DNA from: a virus
Lineage: Duplodnaviria > Caudoviricetes
IMG/VR virus record: IMGVR_UViG_3300001598_000001
Location: 32,001-96,000 of that record
Direction: 5' to 3' (one strand)
DNA length: 64,000 bases
The notes below the pieces were generated by a model that saw nothing but the letters and a program-made list of their open reading frames with translations, made no database searches and was not told the DNA's origin. Shown here in pieces: positions 43,441 through 57,231 of the stretch (positions are counted from its first letter, which is position 1; every line of letters starts with the position of its first letter). The position numbers and the translations under genes are program-made.

Positions 43441-43776
43441 ATGAAATATTATAGTGAAAAAGTAAAAAAACTTTTTGATTCTGAAAAAGAATTAGAAACA
43501 GCAGAAAAAGAATTTGATGCTAAAGAATTAGAAGAAAAGAAAAAATTAGAAGCTAAAAAAGCTAGAGCAACTGAAGTAGAAGATGCCTATAAACATTCTA
43601 TTGAAGTTAGAAAAGAAGCGCAAAAATTAATTGATGAAGCTGATAATGCTTATTATGATTTAAGAGATGCTTTTGTTAAAGATTATGGTTCTTTCCATAT
43701 GACATACAAAGATTCTAGCGAAAAACCAGTTACATTATCTTCTTTTTTTGATATTTTTGATAAATTTTGGTTTTAA
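43441..43776 (+). CDS. Coiled-coil phage protein
   Basis: 111 aa, AGGAGG RBS. Confidence 0.75.
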   Translation: MKYYSEKVKKLFDSEKELETAEKEFDAKELEEKKKLEAKKARATEVEDAYKHSIEVRKEAQKLIDEADNAYYDLRDAFVKDYGSFHMTYKDSSEKPVTLSSFFDIFDKFWF

Positions 43777-43780
43777 TTAT

Positions 43781-44332
43781 TAAAGTGGTGTTCCGCTACC
43801 ATTAAAGGCGAATTATGATGATGAATTAAAATTGGTGAAAACAACCAACCATTTCTCAGGTAGAGATAGACTGAATCGTTAGCGAAGGATAGGTCGAGAA
43901 CAAGTGTGATAGCATGCATACCAGAGGACCGAATGAGGGTGCATGTGCTGGCTAGAGGCAGAGAGCCCTGAAGAATATGCCGATGAGGAACTTGCAACTA
44001 ACTTTGATATTTTATGTGGTTGAGAACAAGTTTAGGTAGATGCTGAATTCCACGTTATAGCGAGATTACAAAATCACGTGCGAACCCATAAAGCAGCCAA
44101 AAATATCTCAATTCTTCTGAATGATCGTTGACGGTCTATAATAGATAGGACTTATAGAAGAGAGATTCAGCCAAGAGGTGTTTGTGAGAAGGAAAACTCA
44201 CCCTATCAAATAAACCTCTCAAATTGGAGCAAAGTAGTGACCACTTACGGCATAGCGGAATGGACTGCTGTATAAAAGGTCGGTGTTATTCCTACCCGCT
44301 TTCATGGCAATGCAAAAAGGAATTACGTTTTA
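43781..44332 (+). ncRNA. Second large structured ncRNA, family unassigned
   Basis: ~550-nt GC-enriched interval without a credible ORF; nested helices such as CTGAATC/GATTCAG and GATATTTT..TGGTTG/CAGCCA-AAAATATC; ends 6 nt before tRNA-fMet. Confidence 0.6.
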
Positions 44333-44338
44333 ATATAT

Positions 44339-44412
44339 CGCAGGGTAGAGTAGTGGTTACTCAGTGGGCCCATAACCCACTCAGGCGAGTTCAATTCTCA
44401 CCCCTGCAACCA
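44339..44412 (+). tRNA. Initiator tRNA-fMet(CAT)
   Basis: C1:A72 mismatch, GGG/CCC anticodon stem, CAT anticodon, ACCA end. Confidence 0.85.
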
Positions 44413-44553
44413 ATTATTATTATTTTTCCAAAGGAAAGATAATGAATATTAATTTTTTGTGGAAAAATAATAATTATTTAAATAATTATTAATATAATAT
44501 AAGTCGCTTAAATAAAAGCGGCTTTTTATTTAGTAAAATAGGGGGTATAGACC

Positions 44554-47500
44554 ATGAAAGAAAAAATAATTGAATATACAAACCTTAGTGATATTGATTT
44601 TAGTAAAAATAGCACGTTATACAAAGATATTAGTAGTATGGATAAGAAAGTCCGTGCTTTTGACGCTAGATCCAATGAAATTAATGATAAAATAAGTAAA
44701 GAAATATTCAGAGACGCTTTAGTAAGTGGTGGTAACAATAGTATTTTAGATTCTTTACATGGTATAGAAAACCTATGTCGTAGTAACGGAATTCAAACTA
44801 AAGTAACAGTAACAAACGATGGAATTAGTTTAGTGGCTTATGATGAAAATAATCAAGTTGTACCAGTTATCTCTTATATGGCTGGTTCAGATGGATTAGT
44901 AATTCGTGATAATTTAGTAGTATTAGATTCTTTGTATTATAGTCAAAATAATGCCACTGGTAAATCTCAATTAATTAATGGAACAGTTGCTTATTTAAAT
45001 GAGTTTAATAAAATTTTAAAAACTAATTGAAGTAAGTTAAAATCACAAAAACAAGATTTTAGTTCTATTTTACAGTTTGCTCGTAATGAAGCTAATAAAC
45101 AAATTCCTATAACTAATCAAGGAACTTATAAATTTGTTGGTAATTCTGGAAAAGAGATTTTATCAAACTTAAAAAAACAAAAAAATGTTTTTAAAAACAA
45201 GAGTAAGAGTTTCGATGTTGATCCTAGTGCGTTTTGAGAAAATATTATTTATGACACTGTTAGAAAATCGGTAGCTCCTGGGGTTACTTCACAAGATCAA
45301 TCTTGAGCACAAAAAGAACGTGAAATTCGTCCAATAATAGAAAAACTTGCTAAAGAAGCTTCTAAACTACCTTCTGTAAAACAAGCAACTCGATTATTTA
45401 GTGAAGATTATGATATTAGAAAATTAATTACTAAAGACAGTAATCTAAAAGCTAAGATTATGGAAGCGGTTAGATTTTTTTCTGAAATTACTTGAAATCA
45501 ATCTAATATGTCTGAAGCTGATGCCCATAAAGGTAAAGTGGCAATATTTGGCGATAGTAGAACTGGTATTTCTGGTCAAGAATCAATTACTAAAAAAGAT
45601 CAAGGTAGTTCATATTTAAAACGAACTAAAGCTGGTCAACACAATACTTATGCACATGTAGCTGGTGGTATTTTAACTTCTAAAACAGGTTTTAAAGGTA
45701 ATTCTGCAGATTATGATTTATTTACTATTGCTCCTGTTGAATCTGAAGCAATTTCTGAAGGTATGAATAATATGTTTAAAGCAGCCGTAGAACACGAAAA
45801 GGTTGCTCGTGAAAACATTAAAAAATACGGAGAAAATATCAAACACAAGGCAGAATTAATTAAAATATTAAAAAATAAACTTGATACTATTAAAAAAGAT
45901 GACTATAGTGATTTAGAACATGAAATGATTTCTCAAATTATGGAAATTTATGAAAATTATCGCACTGTTCATGATACAGGTAATAATCAAGTGCAATTTG
46001 ATACTCCTGAAGAATTTAGAGATTATTTAGTTAATGAAGCTAATAAACGTTTTGCTCAAAAAGTAAAACAACGCAAAACTTATAATAAAGAAAGAAAGAA
46101 ATCTTTAACTAGTGAAATTGCTGATATTAAAGTTGCAAACACAGACGCTAAATATAAACAAGCAGCAGCTAAAGCTTATCATAAAATTAATGAAGAATCT
46201 GTAGAAGATTTTGCTTTAGACAAATTGCGCAAACAATATCATATGGATTTTAATCCTAATAAGCCTCATTCTGATGTGTTGGATGATCAAATCATTATAG
46301 TTAAAGAAGCATTAGCTGAAATACAAACACAATTAATGCAACAACAAGTTTTTACAGAAAAAGATATTAAAAAAGCTATGAAAGCTGGAAATTATCAAAT
46401 TTCTGAAGAAGCTGTGTTGGCTAAAATAAACGAACAACGAAAACAGCAAGGTTTAGATCCTGTTTCTATGAAAGACCTAAAAGTTGGACTTAATAAAGAA
46501 AAAGGTGTATTTACAGCACAATATACTGAAGATTTTATTATCAAAGAAGGAACTAAATTATTAAATTATTTAGGTAGAGAACGTTGATCTTCTTCAAGTT
46601 TACCAGCAGATGTAATGAAATCTGTCTTAAAAGCACAAGCACGATTAATTGCTTCTGTTAAATCTGGTACTAATGATGTTAATGACACTAAATATCAAAA
46701 AGAATTTGCAAAAGCCAATTCTATGTATTTTGATTCCAATGATAATCTTAAAGTTGCAGGCGTTAGTGGAATTAGTTCATCTATTAAAGGTGAAAAATTT
46801 TATGGTTGAAGCCAAGGTGTTATGTCCTATGCTTTAGGTGAATTGTTTAATCAAAGTTATAAAAAGAATATTTCTAATGGTCAAGAAAAAGCAGTAGCTA
46901 AGTCTGAAGCTATTAATAAAGTTCGTGAAAAATGAAATGAATCTGTAGATAAACTAGTCGCACAAGGACAATTAACTACAGAACAAGGTGAAAAATTTAA
47001 ACAATTAGTTACAGGTGTTAATGAAAAAACTGGAAAAGTAAATTTTAATACTGATTCAAAAATTACAGATTTTGTTAATAAAAATTTAGTACATTACGTC
47101 AAGTTAATTAATACTGTTTACAAAGATAATACAGGCCGTAAACTTGGTACTTATAAAAATAATAAAAATGAAGGAGAAGTTTTTGAACTTGATCCTTATG
47201 CTTTATATGATATAGGTATTAATCCGTCTATAGTTGCCGAGGGAGATTGGGATCCACATAAGAGAGTTTCAATGGCTCATAATGAAAGACAAATTAAAGA
47301 AAGAGAAAATGAACGTTTAGCAGCTATGGGTAAAGACGTCACTGTTGAAAGAGCTATGCTTGATGTTCAATATGAACAAGCTATTGAAAAAAATACTAAA
47401 TATCAAAATAAATTAAAAGCTGTTAGAGACGCAGTTACTAATAATTTTAATGCTGATAGAATTGATGTTGAAGACAAAGATAAAGATATCACAGCTATTG

Positions 47501-50500
47501 TAAATTTAGCTGATTTAAATAATGCTAAAAATGTTGAAAGAGATGTTATTGACCCTGCTACATTTAATTCTAAAGATTTTACTCAAACTAAAGAGGGTAT
47601 TATTTGGACAGCACAACAAAATAAATATCAAGAATTATTAAATGAGTTTATTGATCCAAATAAAATTAAAGAAATTGAAGAATTGCGTAAAGCTAAAAAA
47701 TATAAAAAAGCAAAAGAATTAGAGGTACTAGAACAACAAAGAGTACAAAAAGCCGTATTAGATAAATATAAAGTTGAAAGTGCCAAAGATATTAAAATTG
47801 CTGGAAAAACTAATATTCAAGGATATTTAAATAAGAGTGTATCTGGATTAGATTATGATGCTATGACAGGAGAGCTTTTAGATCTTGCTGGATACGATAT
47901 AGAACAAGATGAAAATGGCAATTATCGTATTAACAACACAGCAGACTATGAATATAATCGTAGTATTCTGAGATCTTATGAAAACGCTCTTAAAGAAGAT
48001 ATTTTAGAAGATAGACAAGCAAAATTTGGAACTGGAATTTATAAAGCTGGTCTTGAACGTGAGCGAGCTTACGTAGAGAAAAAAGGTTCGGAATTTGAAA
48101 AATTTGCTAAAAAAGAAAGAACACATAGTAAATTTTTAAAAACTAAAGATTTAAATAATGCTGAAAAAGATACATTATATACTAGTAAGAGTGATATTAA
48201 TGAAATGATTTCTCAACGAGAGAATGAAACTGATGAGGAATATAATAAACTTATTAAAGGTATATACAAAGATACTTTAGGTGTTAATAATGCTCCAAGA
48301 AGAAAACAAAATGAAACTCTTCAAGATTATAATACTCGTATTAAAGATAGTGTATTAAAAGCTATTATAGAAGACGATAAAGATCTTATCATGGATGTCA
48401 CTAGAGATCCTAATAATACAGCTATGGCTGGTATGAAAGTTAAAATTAAACATTTAACTGGTATAGGCGAAGGTGTAGTTGGAGGAGATCCAGCTTTAAT
48501 TAAATTTCTTAAAGGTGACTATGATGGTGATAGATTAGGTTTAGCTTTAGATGCTGATGGTAATATTATTGGTGCTGTTCGTATGACTCAAAAACAAGTT
48601 GACGAACATATGCTAAAAGAAAGAATATTAGCGGAAGAAGATGCTGAAGTATTACGTTTTATTACCAATCAAAAAGGTGGAAGTACTTTACCGTCTGCCA
48701 GCACAGCTATTAAAATAGACAAAAATGGTAAAAAATATATTGAAAATACTACGTTAGATGTAGCTGATTTAACAGGACTTGAACGTAATGCTTCAACACA
48801 ATTATTATCATTTGAAGCAAAACAAAATAAGGATGACTATGTTGGACTATATTCTAATTTTAGAACTAGTGCAACTACTGGATTAGAAGAAAAATTTGGA
48901 AAAGGTTTAGGTAAAACAGTAAATACTGCTAAAACTGGATTAGCTATTGAAGCCTTATCTTTATTATTGGCTCGTCCAGAACAAGCTGCAATTTCTTCTA
49001 AACACTTGAAAAATTTAGCAGCCACTGATCCTGAATTATTTAAACAGTGATTTGAATGAGAAGAAAATGAAAATGGTGAACTTATTCATAAAAAAGATGA
49101 AAATGGCAATGTTATTTTCAAACAAGCTTATTTAGATCGTTATGAAAAATTAGCTAAAGATTTAAAGAATTCTGATAATTGAAACAGTGAAACTCAAAGA
49201 GAAGCATTATTACAAGAAATGGTTAATCTTGGAATGATTGAAGGTAGTGGTAAATTTACTGACGATCAATTCTTTGGTGAATTTTGAAAACTTGCTAATA
49301 CTGAATTAGGACGTAAAGGTTTAACTGGTATTAACAAACGTTATAATAAATTATACGGAAAAGATGGTAAATTAAAAGCTGGTGCTGATTTAAGTATCAT
49401 GGATCTTGATTTTATCAGAGATATGTTAAATTGGTTATCAGTTCAAAGTGCAGAACTTGCTCCTAATGAAACATTGGGACATATAGTAACTACTGGTAGA
49501 CAATCTGCTCTTGATAAACAACGTGTTTATGATCAAAAAAATTTAATTGAAAAACCAACTGAAAAACAAATCAAAGAACACAAAGAATCCTTGGGTAAAG
49601 ATGTCGAAGTAGAAATTCTTAAATCTATTAATTTATTAATTGATACTATTAGACAGTCTAGTGGAGTCATTGCTCAAGCAGCAGGTATTAGTGGTGGTAA
49701 TGGAAATCGTTTTGCTTATAATATTTCTAATATTACAGATAATAATAAGAGAAATGTTTTAGCTGCTGCATCCAGAGCTGGTGGCTATACTAATAAAATT
49801 ACACCTACTGAGATTGCTCGAGTGAATGCTCGTAGTGGGGATAAAATTTATAGTAATTGAGATGAAATAATTAAAATTTTAGAAGATCCTACTGTAGATG
49901 TTAAAGAGAAACAACGTATTATTGGTCAAATGTCCGATGCTGACAAAAATTGGGCATTAGCCACTCGTCGTGGTAAATTAGTTCACCAATTTAGTGAAGA
50001 TCAACGTTTAATTGAAAAATATAATTTAACTAACGTAGATCCAAATAAATGAAATGAAACATTAATTAATCAATTTAAAAACACCAATGATATCAATGAA
50101 AGAAAAGAAATTTCTCAATTTTTAGGTATTTTAAACAAAAAATCTGACGAATTAAATCATGAAAATGGTGGTTTTGTAAAACAATATAAAGAATTTAGTG
50201 AATTAAGTAAAATTTTAGATATCAAAGATACAGATTGATTATCTAAAATTATAGCATCAGCTCAAATTTTAAATAAAATGTCTTCCAATGAAACAGTTAT
50301 TGGTAAAGAAGTTGGTATGCATAATTATATTAATGTTAATGGTGAAGATACTGTTGAACATGGATATATTGACCAAATTACCAGAGCGGCTGTTAAGAAG
50401 GCCCAAACAGATATTAATGGTGAAAAATATGAAGTAGATGCTAATCGTTATACAATGGAAGATTTAAAAACTACTTCTGGAACAGGGGTTGATCTTTCAT

Positions 50501-53500
50501 TAAAAGACGCAGAACAAGTTCTTCGTTATATTAATTATGGTAGTCAGGCTAATAAACAGTTTAAAGAGGAATTAGGTGGACTTGCAAAAGTTCCTACCAC
50601 AGCCAAAGAGTTAAAAGATTTTTTAGCCAATGAAAAAGATTTAAATAAATATGCTGCAATTCGTCAATTTGTTGATGATATTGAAGAAAATGGTGGGGTA
50701 CTTACTGACGATCAAGTTCAAATGTTAGCAGATAAAAATGCTATTTTTGAAGGACGTATTAAAAAAGTAGATACTCAAACAAATGAAGCTGCATCGTATC
50801 GTATTGGTGCAAGTCAAGCTAAAGAACTTATTCAAAGATCACAAAACGGAGAAGATATTAGTGGATTTTTAGGTAATTTTGTTGAAGAAAGACAATTTTA
50901 TCAAGCTGGTAATTCTGTTTCTGAACTTAAAGAAGAAATTACTTTATTAAAACAAAAATATGAATTACAGTTAAAAATTAATAAAGCTTTATTAGAAGGA
51001 AAAGATAATGAAGCTGCTGTTCTACAAGAACAAGAAAAAGAAGTTGATCTAAAACTTAAAGAAGCTCAGAAATCAACTAATAAAATTGCTGACACCACAG
51101 AAAGAAAAAAATATGTTCGCGATACTCGTAAGGAGATTGAAGAACAATTACAAAAAGAAAATGATCAAGCTTTAAAGTTGTTACAAGCTCAAAAGAATGA
51201 TAAACAAAAAGCTGGTCCTAATAAAAATATATTAGCTCGTTTGAGCACGGGATTTGATGAGGGAATTACTCAACGTTTGAATCGTGCATTTAGTGGTTAT
51301 GCTATTTTTGCTAAACTTACTCAAGGGATCCAAACCGTTAAAAAGAATGTTATTGATTTAGATAAAGTTTTGACTAATCTTCGTATTGTCACTCAACAAA
51401 ATGAAGAAAGTACTCGAAACTTGATTAAGGGGTATTCAGAACTTGCAGGAGAATTAGGTGTGTCAACAACAGCTGTTGCTACAGCTGGACAAGAATGGCT
51501 AAGACAAGGCTATGATATAGCAGAAACCAACAAATTAATTGAAGCTTCAACTAAATTAAGTATTTTAGGTATGATGTCTTCTGCTGATGCTGTTAAATCA
51601 TTAACCAGTGCAATGAAAGGATTTAAAATGGAATCCTCAGAAGCAATAGATATAGTAGATAAATTAACCAAATTAGATGTTAATGCTGCTACTACTGCTG
51701 GTGAAATTGCTAGTGCATTATCAGAATTTGCAAACGCTGCAAGTTTAGGTGGCTTAAATATTGATCAAGCTTCAGCAATGGCAACTACTATCATGGATGT
51801 TACTCAAAATAGTGGTTCTCAAGCTGGTAATGCTCTGAAAATGATGTTATCAAGATTTGGTAATGTTAAATCTGGTGCCTATTCAACTCTTAATATTTCT
51901 GGCGATGCAGATACGGAAAGTGCTAGTCTAAACGATGTAGAAAAGGTTTTAAAGAATATTGGTGTATCATTAAGATCATCAAATTTAGAATTCCGTTCAT
52001 TTAGCGAAGTTTTAGATGAAATTAGTGAAAAATGGGTTAATTTAGATAATGTTAGTAAGAATGCAATTGCAACTGCTTTTGCTGGAACAAGACAACGTGA
52101 ATCTTTCCTTGTCTTGATGGAAAACTATGATAAATATCAACAATTACTAAAAGTATCTGAAAGTGCCGCTGGAACTTCTGAAGAAAAAATTAAATCTTAT
52201 CAAGAATCTATTGCTGCTTTACAAGAAGAAATAAAAGCCGCATGGGAAAATTTAGCTAATAATAAATCTATTTCTGACTTCTTAAAACTTATACTTAGTA
52301 CTACAACCCAACTTATTAAATGATTACCGTGAATAGTTAATATATTAAAACCATTATTAGCTACTAAAACAATTAGTATCGCTTCCAACTTTTTTGGTAA
52401 TGGGTTAAAAAATGGATTTTCTGGTTTATTTAAAAATGTTACTGCTACACAAAAGAATACAACAGCAATTGAAAAATTAACTACAACTTTAGAAAATACT
52501 TCGAACACTTCTGGAAACGGCGTATATAGTCGTAATAATATTGCAGTTGGTGCTGCGGGTATTACATCTACAGGTGCATTAACTTATGGTAATAAATCTG
52601 TCGGTCTTGGTGATGATGGTAAGTATTATTATTTAAAGAACGATGGTTCTTTATCTAAAAGATCAGTTAGTGCTGCGGGACAAAAAGAAATTCAACAAAC
52701 CGCAGAAAATAATAAAAAGCTTAAAAAAGCTGGTAGTTGAAGAAATAAAACGGGTGGTGAAAAAGTTGCTGCTGGTGCAGCTGCTGGATTATTAGCTGGG
52801 TTAACAGCTGATACCGATACCAAAGATATATATGGTACAGGAGACACAACCGTTAATTCTACATTACAAACTATAGATAAAGTTGCTACTGGTGCGGTAA
52901 CTGGTATAGCTACAGCAATTGGCGGACCTATTGTTGGGGGTATTGCTAATATATTAATGGAAGTTGCTACAAAATATGCAATGCCATGATTAGAAAAAAT
53001 TTTCTTCAAACGCGATTTTGAATTAAAACTTTTAAATAAAAGTATTAATGAAGCAAAAGAAAATATTGAAAAAATTAATAATATTCAAAACTCTTTAAAT
53101 ACTTTAGTAGAATTATCAAATAAAAACATTTTAATTGGTGAAGATTATACCAAAGCTGTTGATGAATTCAATAAAATATCTGCAGCACTGGTTGATGACC
53201 CTAAAACACTTAGTGTTTGAAATGAAATTTTACATAATACAGATGATTTATTAGATGGTGTAGATAATGAAACGCTTTCTTTGTCTACTTTACGAGAAGC
53301 TTATTTAACTGGTAGTGCTCAAGAGAGAGCTGAAATAGCTACTGCTTTACGTGCATCATCAGAATTAGTTGAAGCTAGAGAATTCCAACGAACTTATTCG
53401 GCAAAAATGTATGAAGTTAATGAAACTATTAATAGTGCTCGTCAATATGATGCTGAATTTTTAGAGAAAAACGGAGTTTTAGATCAATATAAACAATATG

Positions 53501-56289
53501 CTAAAAATAAATATGCACAAATGAGTGATGCCGAAATTATTAAACAATTTGGCAGTGTTGCAAGCGAATTAAAGTATGGAATAAATTGACTTGGTGGTTG
53601 GACAAATTTTAACACTAATAAAATGACTTCTTTAGACGTTGTTGCTCAGGAAGTTAGAAAATATTTAGAAGATAATGTTGATAAAACTTTCCAAGACAAT
53701 TTTAACTCTGATGTTCATTTACGCGAAGAATTATCTACTTTATTAAATGAAAGTGTTCTTGTTGATTATTGAAACCAAACTATTGAAAGTTTAACTAAAC
53801 AATTGGAACAAGGTGAAAATGTTAGTGAAGAACTACGCAAAGCTAATAACGAACTAAACAAAGTTCAAAATGCTATTAATTTAAAACAAAACTATACAGA
53901 TGAAATTAATTATAAATATGCTCAAGCAGCATTATCTGCTTCTGGTTTAGAAAATTTAACTCAAGCACAATTAAATAATATGGGTTATAAAGATAAACTT
54001 AATAAAATTGCAGAAAATATGGAGTCTTATGGTTATTCTGTTTATAATTCTGATGGTGTGTTATCAGCTCAAGCTCAAACATATATTGAAAATGCTATTA
54101 GAAGTAATAGTAAAATATATGGATCTGTTAGTGGTCAAGTCTATTCATTAGCTGAAGTTTTAAACAAAGATAATGAAAATTTATTTAGAAATTATCAAGA
54201 AATTCTATGGCAGTGATCAGAAGCTTTGGGTGTAAGTGTTGATGAATTAGATGATTTAAAAGATACTTTAGGAGATATTACCTTAGCTCAAGTTTTAAAA
54301 ACTCCAGACGAAACACGTCAAAATATTTCTGAACTAACTTCTATGTTCACATCTATTTCTTCTTCTACTGGTATTACCGCTGAAAATATAGAGAACATTA
54401 TTACAAAGTTCCCACAATTATTACCTTATGCAAGTAGTGTTGGTGATTTAATTGGGGGGTTAACCAAAGGCATAGAACAGTATAGTAAATTATATGCATA
54501 TCAGATCACTAATCAAATTTTAAATAGTGAATCTGTACTTTCAGATATTCAAAAAAATATGAGAGAGGGTACTGTAGATGTTGATATAAGTGAAGATGAT
54601 CAAAAACAATTATATGAAACATTGTTATCTAACTATTCATTTGGTAATGGAAGTGTTTTAAATGATATGCTTGGTTTAATATGGGGTAATGCTGAAGAAA
54701 ACGGTATAAGTGAGGAAAATCAAGAAAAATTACGAACTATTGTAGAATCTTATTTACCAGATATAGAAAATACGCTTGAGCGAGATTCTATTAAGCAACA
54801 AATAGATTATCAACAAAAATTATTTGATCAACAAATTAATAATTTACAAGAACAAAAAGAAATGTTAGATAATATAAATCATCAACGTGAGTATGAAAAT
54901 AAATTAATCGAAGCTAAACTCAAATTAGAAAATTCTCAAAAAGAAAAGAAAAGAGTTTGAAGATCTGGAGTTGGTTGGACTTATGAAGCTGATCAAAACA
55001 GTATTTTAGAAGCCCAAAAACAATTAGAAGATGTTGAAAATGAAAAGAACGTCTCTAAAATTGATCAAGAAATTCAATTATTGAATTCACAAAAAGAGTT
55101 ATTAGCTAATATTGCTAGTAGTGAAGAATTTGAAAATATGCGAGATTCGTGAAAAGGTTGGTCTGAACAAATGAAGCTTTATAATGAAGATCAAGAAACC
55201 ATAATCACTAATTTATCAACTTTATATAGTTCAATTAGCAAAATTTCTACTAAGGATATAGCTGAAGACATAGCTGATGCTGGAGTAAATAATGCTGATG
55301 AAAAATTAAATACATTAGATACTTTATATAATACAGCTCAATCTTATATAACTGGCGAAAATAAAAATGCTCCAACTACAGTAACTGCTTCCCAAGAATA
55401 TGCAGATTGAGAAAATAATCGAAATAATGCTCTAACAGCTTATCAAACAAAAGCCAATGAGTATAAGAACGTTATTACTCAAGATTGACAAACCAAACAC
55501 TCAGATCATGCAGCCATTATGAAAGCTTCTCAGCTTCATAATCAACAAGATACTATCATGATTGATGGAAAAGCCTATACTGTTGGCAATCAACCATTAA
55601 GTGACACAGATCCTTACTATCAATGAGTACAAGATGACCTTCGCGCAGGCGAAAAAGGCCCTCAAGACAGTAATGGTAAGGGTAAAGGTAAGTATGTTAA
55701 AGTATTTGATCCAAAAACAAGTACAGAGACAAACGAAGATGGAATATTAAATTATTCTCGAAGTAAAAGTAAAACATATGGAGAGGTTAATGGTTCTGAT
55801 GATAAAAAAGATTATAGTAGTTTAGTGTTATCAGATGTGGCAGCAAGTTTGAGTGATGGTACTATTTTAAGTAGTGAAAGTGGAACCGTAGAATATGTTA
55901 TGGTTATGAACCATCAACTTAGACAATTAGATCCGAAGGCCAAAGGAACTTTAGATTTAAATAGTCATGGCGTTTTATTGAATGAATTAGGAACAGAAGC
56001 AATTGTAACACCTCAAGGTACAATTACAGCTCTTCCTTCTCACTCAGGTATTGTGCCAGCTGATATTACTCGTAATTTATGAGAATTAGGAGAAATTTCT
56101 CCTACACTTACACATTTGCTTGATCATTTGAATAATCAAATGGTTCCTGGAAAGAGTGTATTTGGTAATGATGAATCATTTAATATTAATACTATTAATA
56201 TGACAGTTAATGCTGATAATAGTTTTGATGCTCAAAAATTTATTGAGAGTGTTAGACAACGCGCAGCTTTAACAAAACATAATCGTTAA
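44554..56289 (+). CDS. Giant tape-measure protein with N-terminal RNA-polymerase-like and PD-(D/E)XK nuclease-like domains (TGA=Trp)
   Basis: All track fragments share one frame: 3911 aa with ~28 TGA. TP901-type TMP core at ~51340-52260 (EWLRQGY, GNALKMMLSRF). GDYDGD at 48514; DLKT at 50461. Confidence 0.85.
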
Positions 56290-56316
56290 AAAAAGAAATA
56301 CAAGGATGGTGGTAAT

Positions 56317-57231
56317 ATGATTAAAGATTATTATATTTATGATGGTACAACTTTATTAGGATTGTTGTATATTCCCGTTGGAGTAAGTTCAGATAAAATT
56401 ATTCCTTCGTTTATTACAACACTTGGTAAAGGATGTTTTAAAAATCAAAATTTTTCTACTATCATTATACCACCATCCATAAAAATTATTGAAGATAATG
56501 TTTTTGAAAATTGTAAATTTTTAACATCACTAGAAATTCCATCTACAGTTGAAACTGTTGGAAATAATATTTGTTGTAATTGTAACAAATTACAAACTTT
56601 TAAATATTCATCCACAACACAAATGGGTAAATTTATTTTACAAAATTGTTATATGTTAAAAGAGTTAATCATTAATGATGAAAATTTTCGTGTTTGATAT
56701 CACAATTCTGAAAAAGTATTCGGAATAGGTGTTTTAGATTATGTTACAGATAATGGATATAAAATTTATAAAGGACACTGAAGTATTGAAGAATTATTAG
56801 GTTGGGGATTACCAGTCGGTAAAGAAAATTTAATTTATTTTGTAGAATATAATAATAAAGTTTGGTATGATCCTTCTTTAGAACAAGCTTATAAAGGATG
56901 TCAATATCTTAATAGTAATATGTCGATTTGTGATTTTTTTCATAAAAAATTTTTACCTATGGATACAATCACATGATCGGAATTTTCTATTATATTGGGC
57001 ATTTGTTCGCAAGGAAAACCATTCTGAGATTTAATGTGTCATAAAGATTTAAATACTAACAATGATAATATTTCTGTAAATGACTTAATCAAAGTTTTAC
57101 AAAAACATCAATTTTTATCTCCTATATTGTTAAGATGAGTAGAAGTGTTACAACATAAAAATGAATGTTTTACAAAGTTTACAGATATTAGTTATGAAAA
57201 TATAAATTTATCTCAATATTTTCAATTATAA
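56317..57231 (+). CDS. BspA-type leucine-rich-repeat protein (TGA=Trp)
   Basis: IPSFITTLGKGCF / IPPSIKIIEDNVFENC..L / IPSTVETVG repeats; 304 aa. Confidence 0.7.

Noticed and set aside
40643-44450. Theta/HDV-like ribozymes at tRNA 3' ends
   Set aside because: The trailers are AT-rich and show no nested double-pseudoknot pattern
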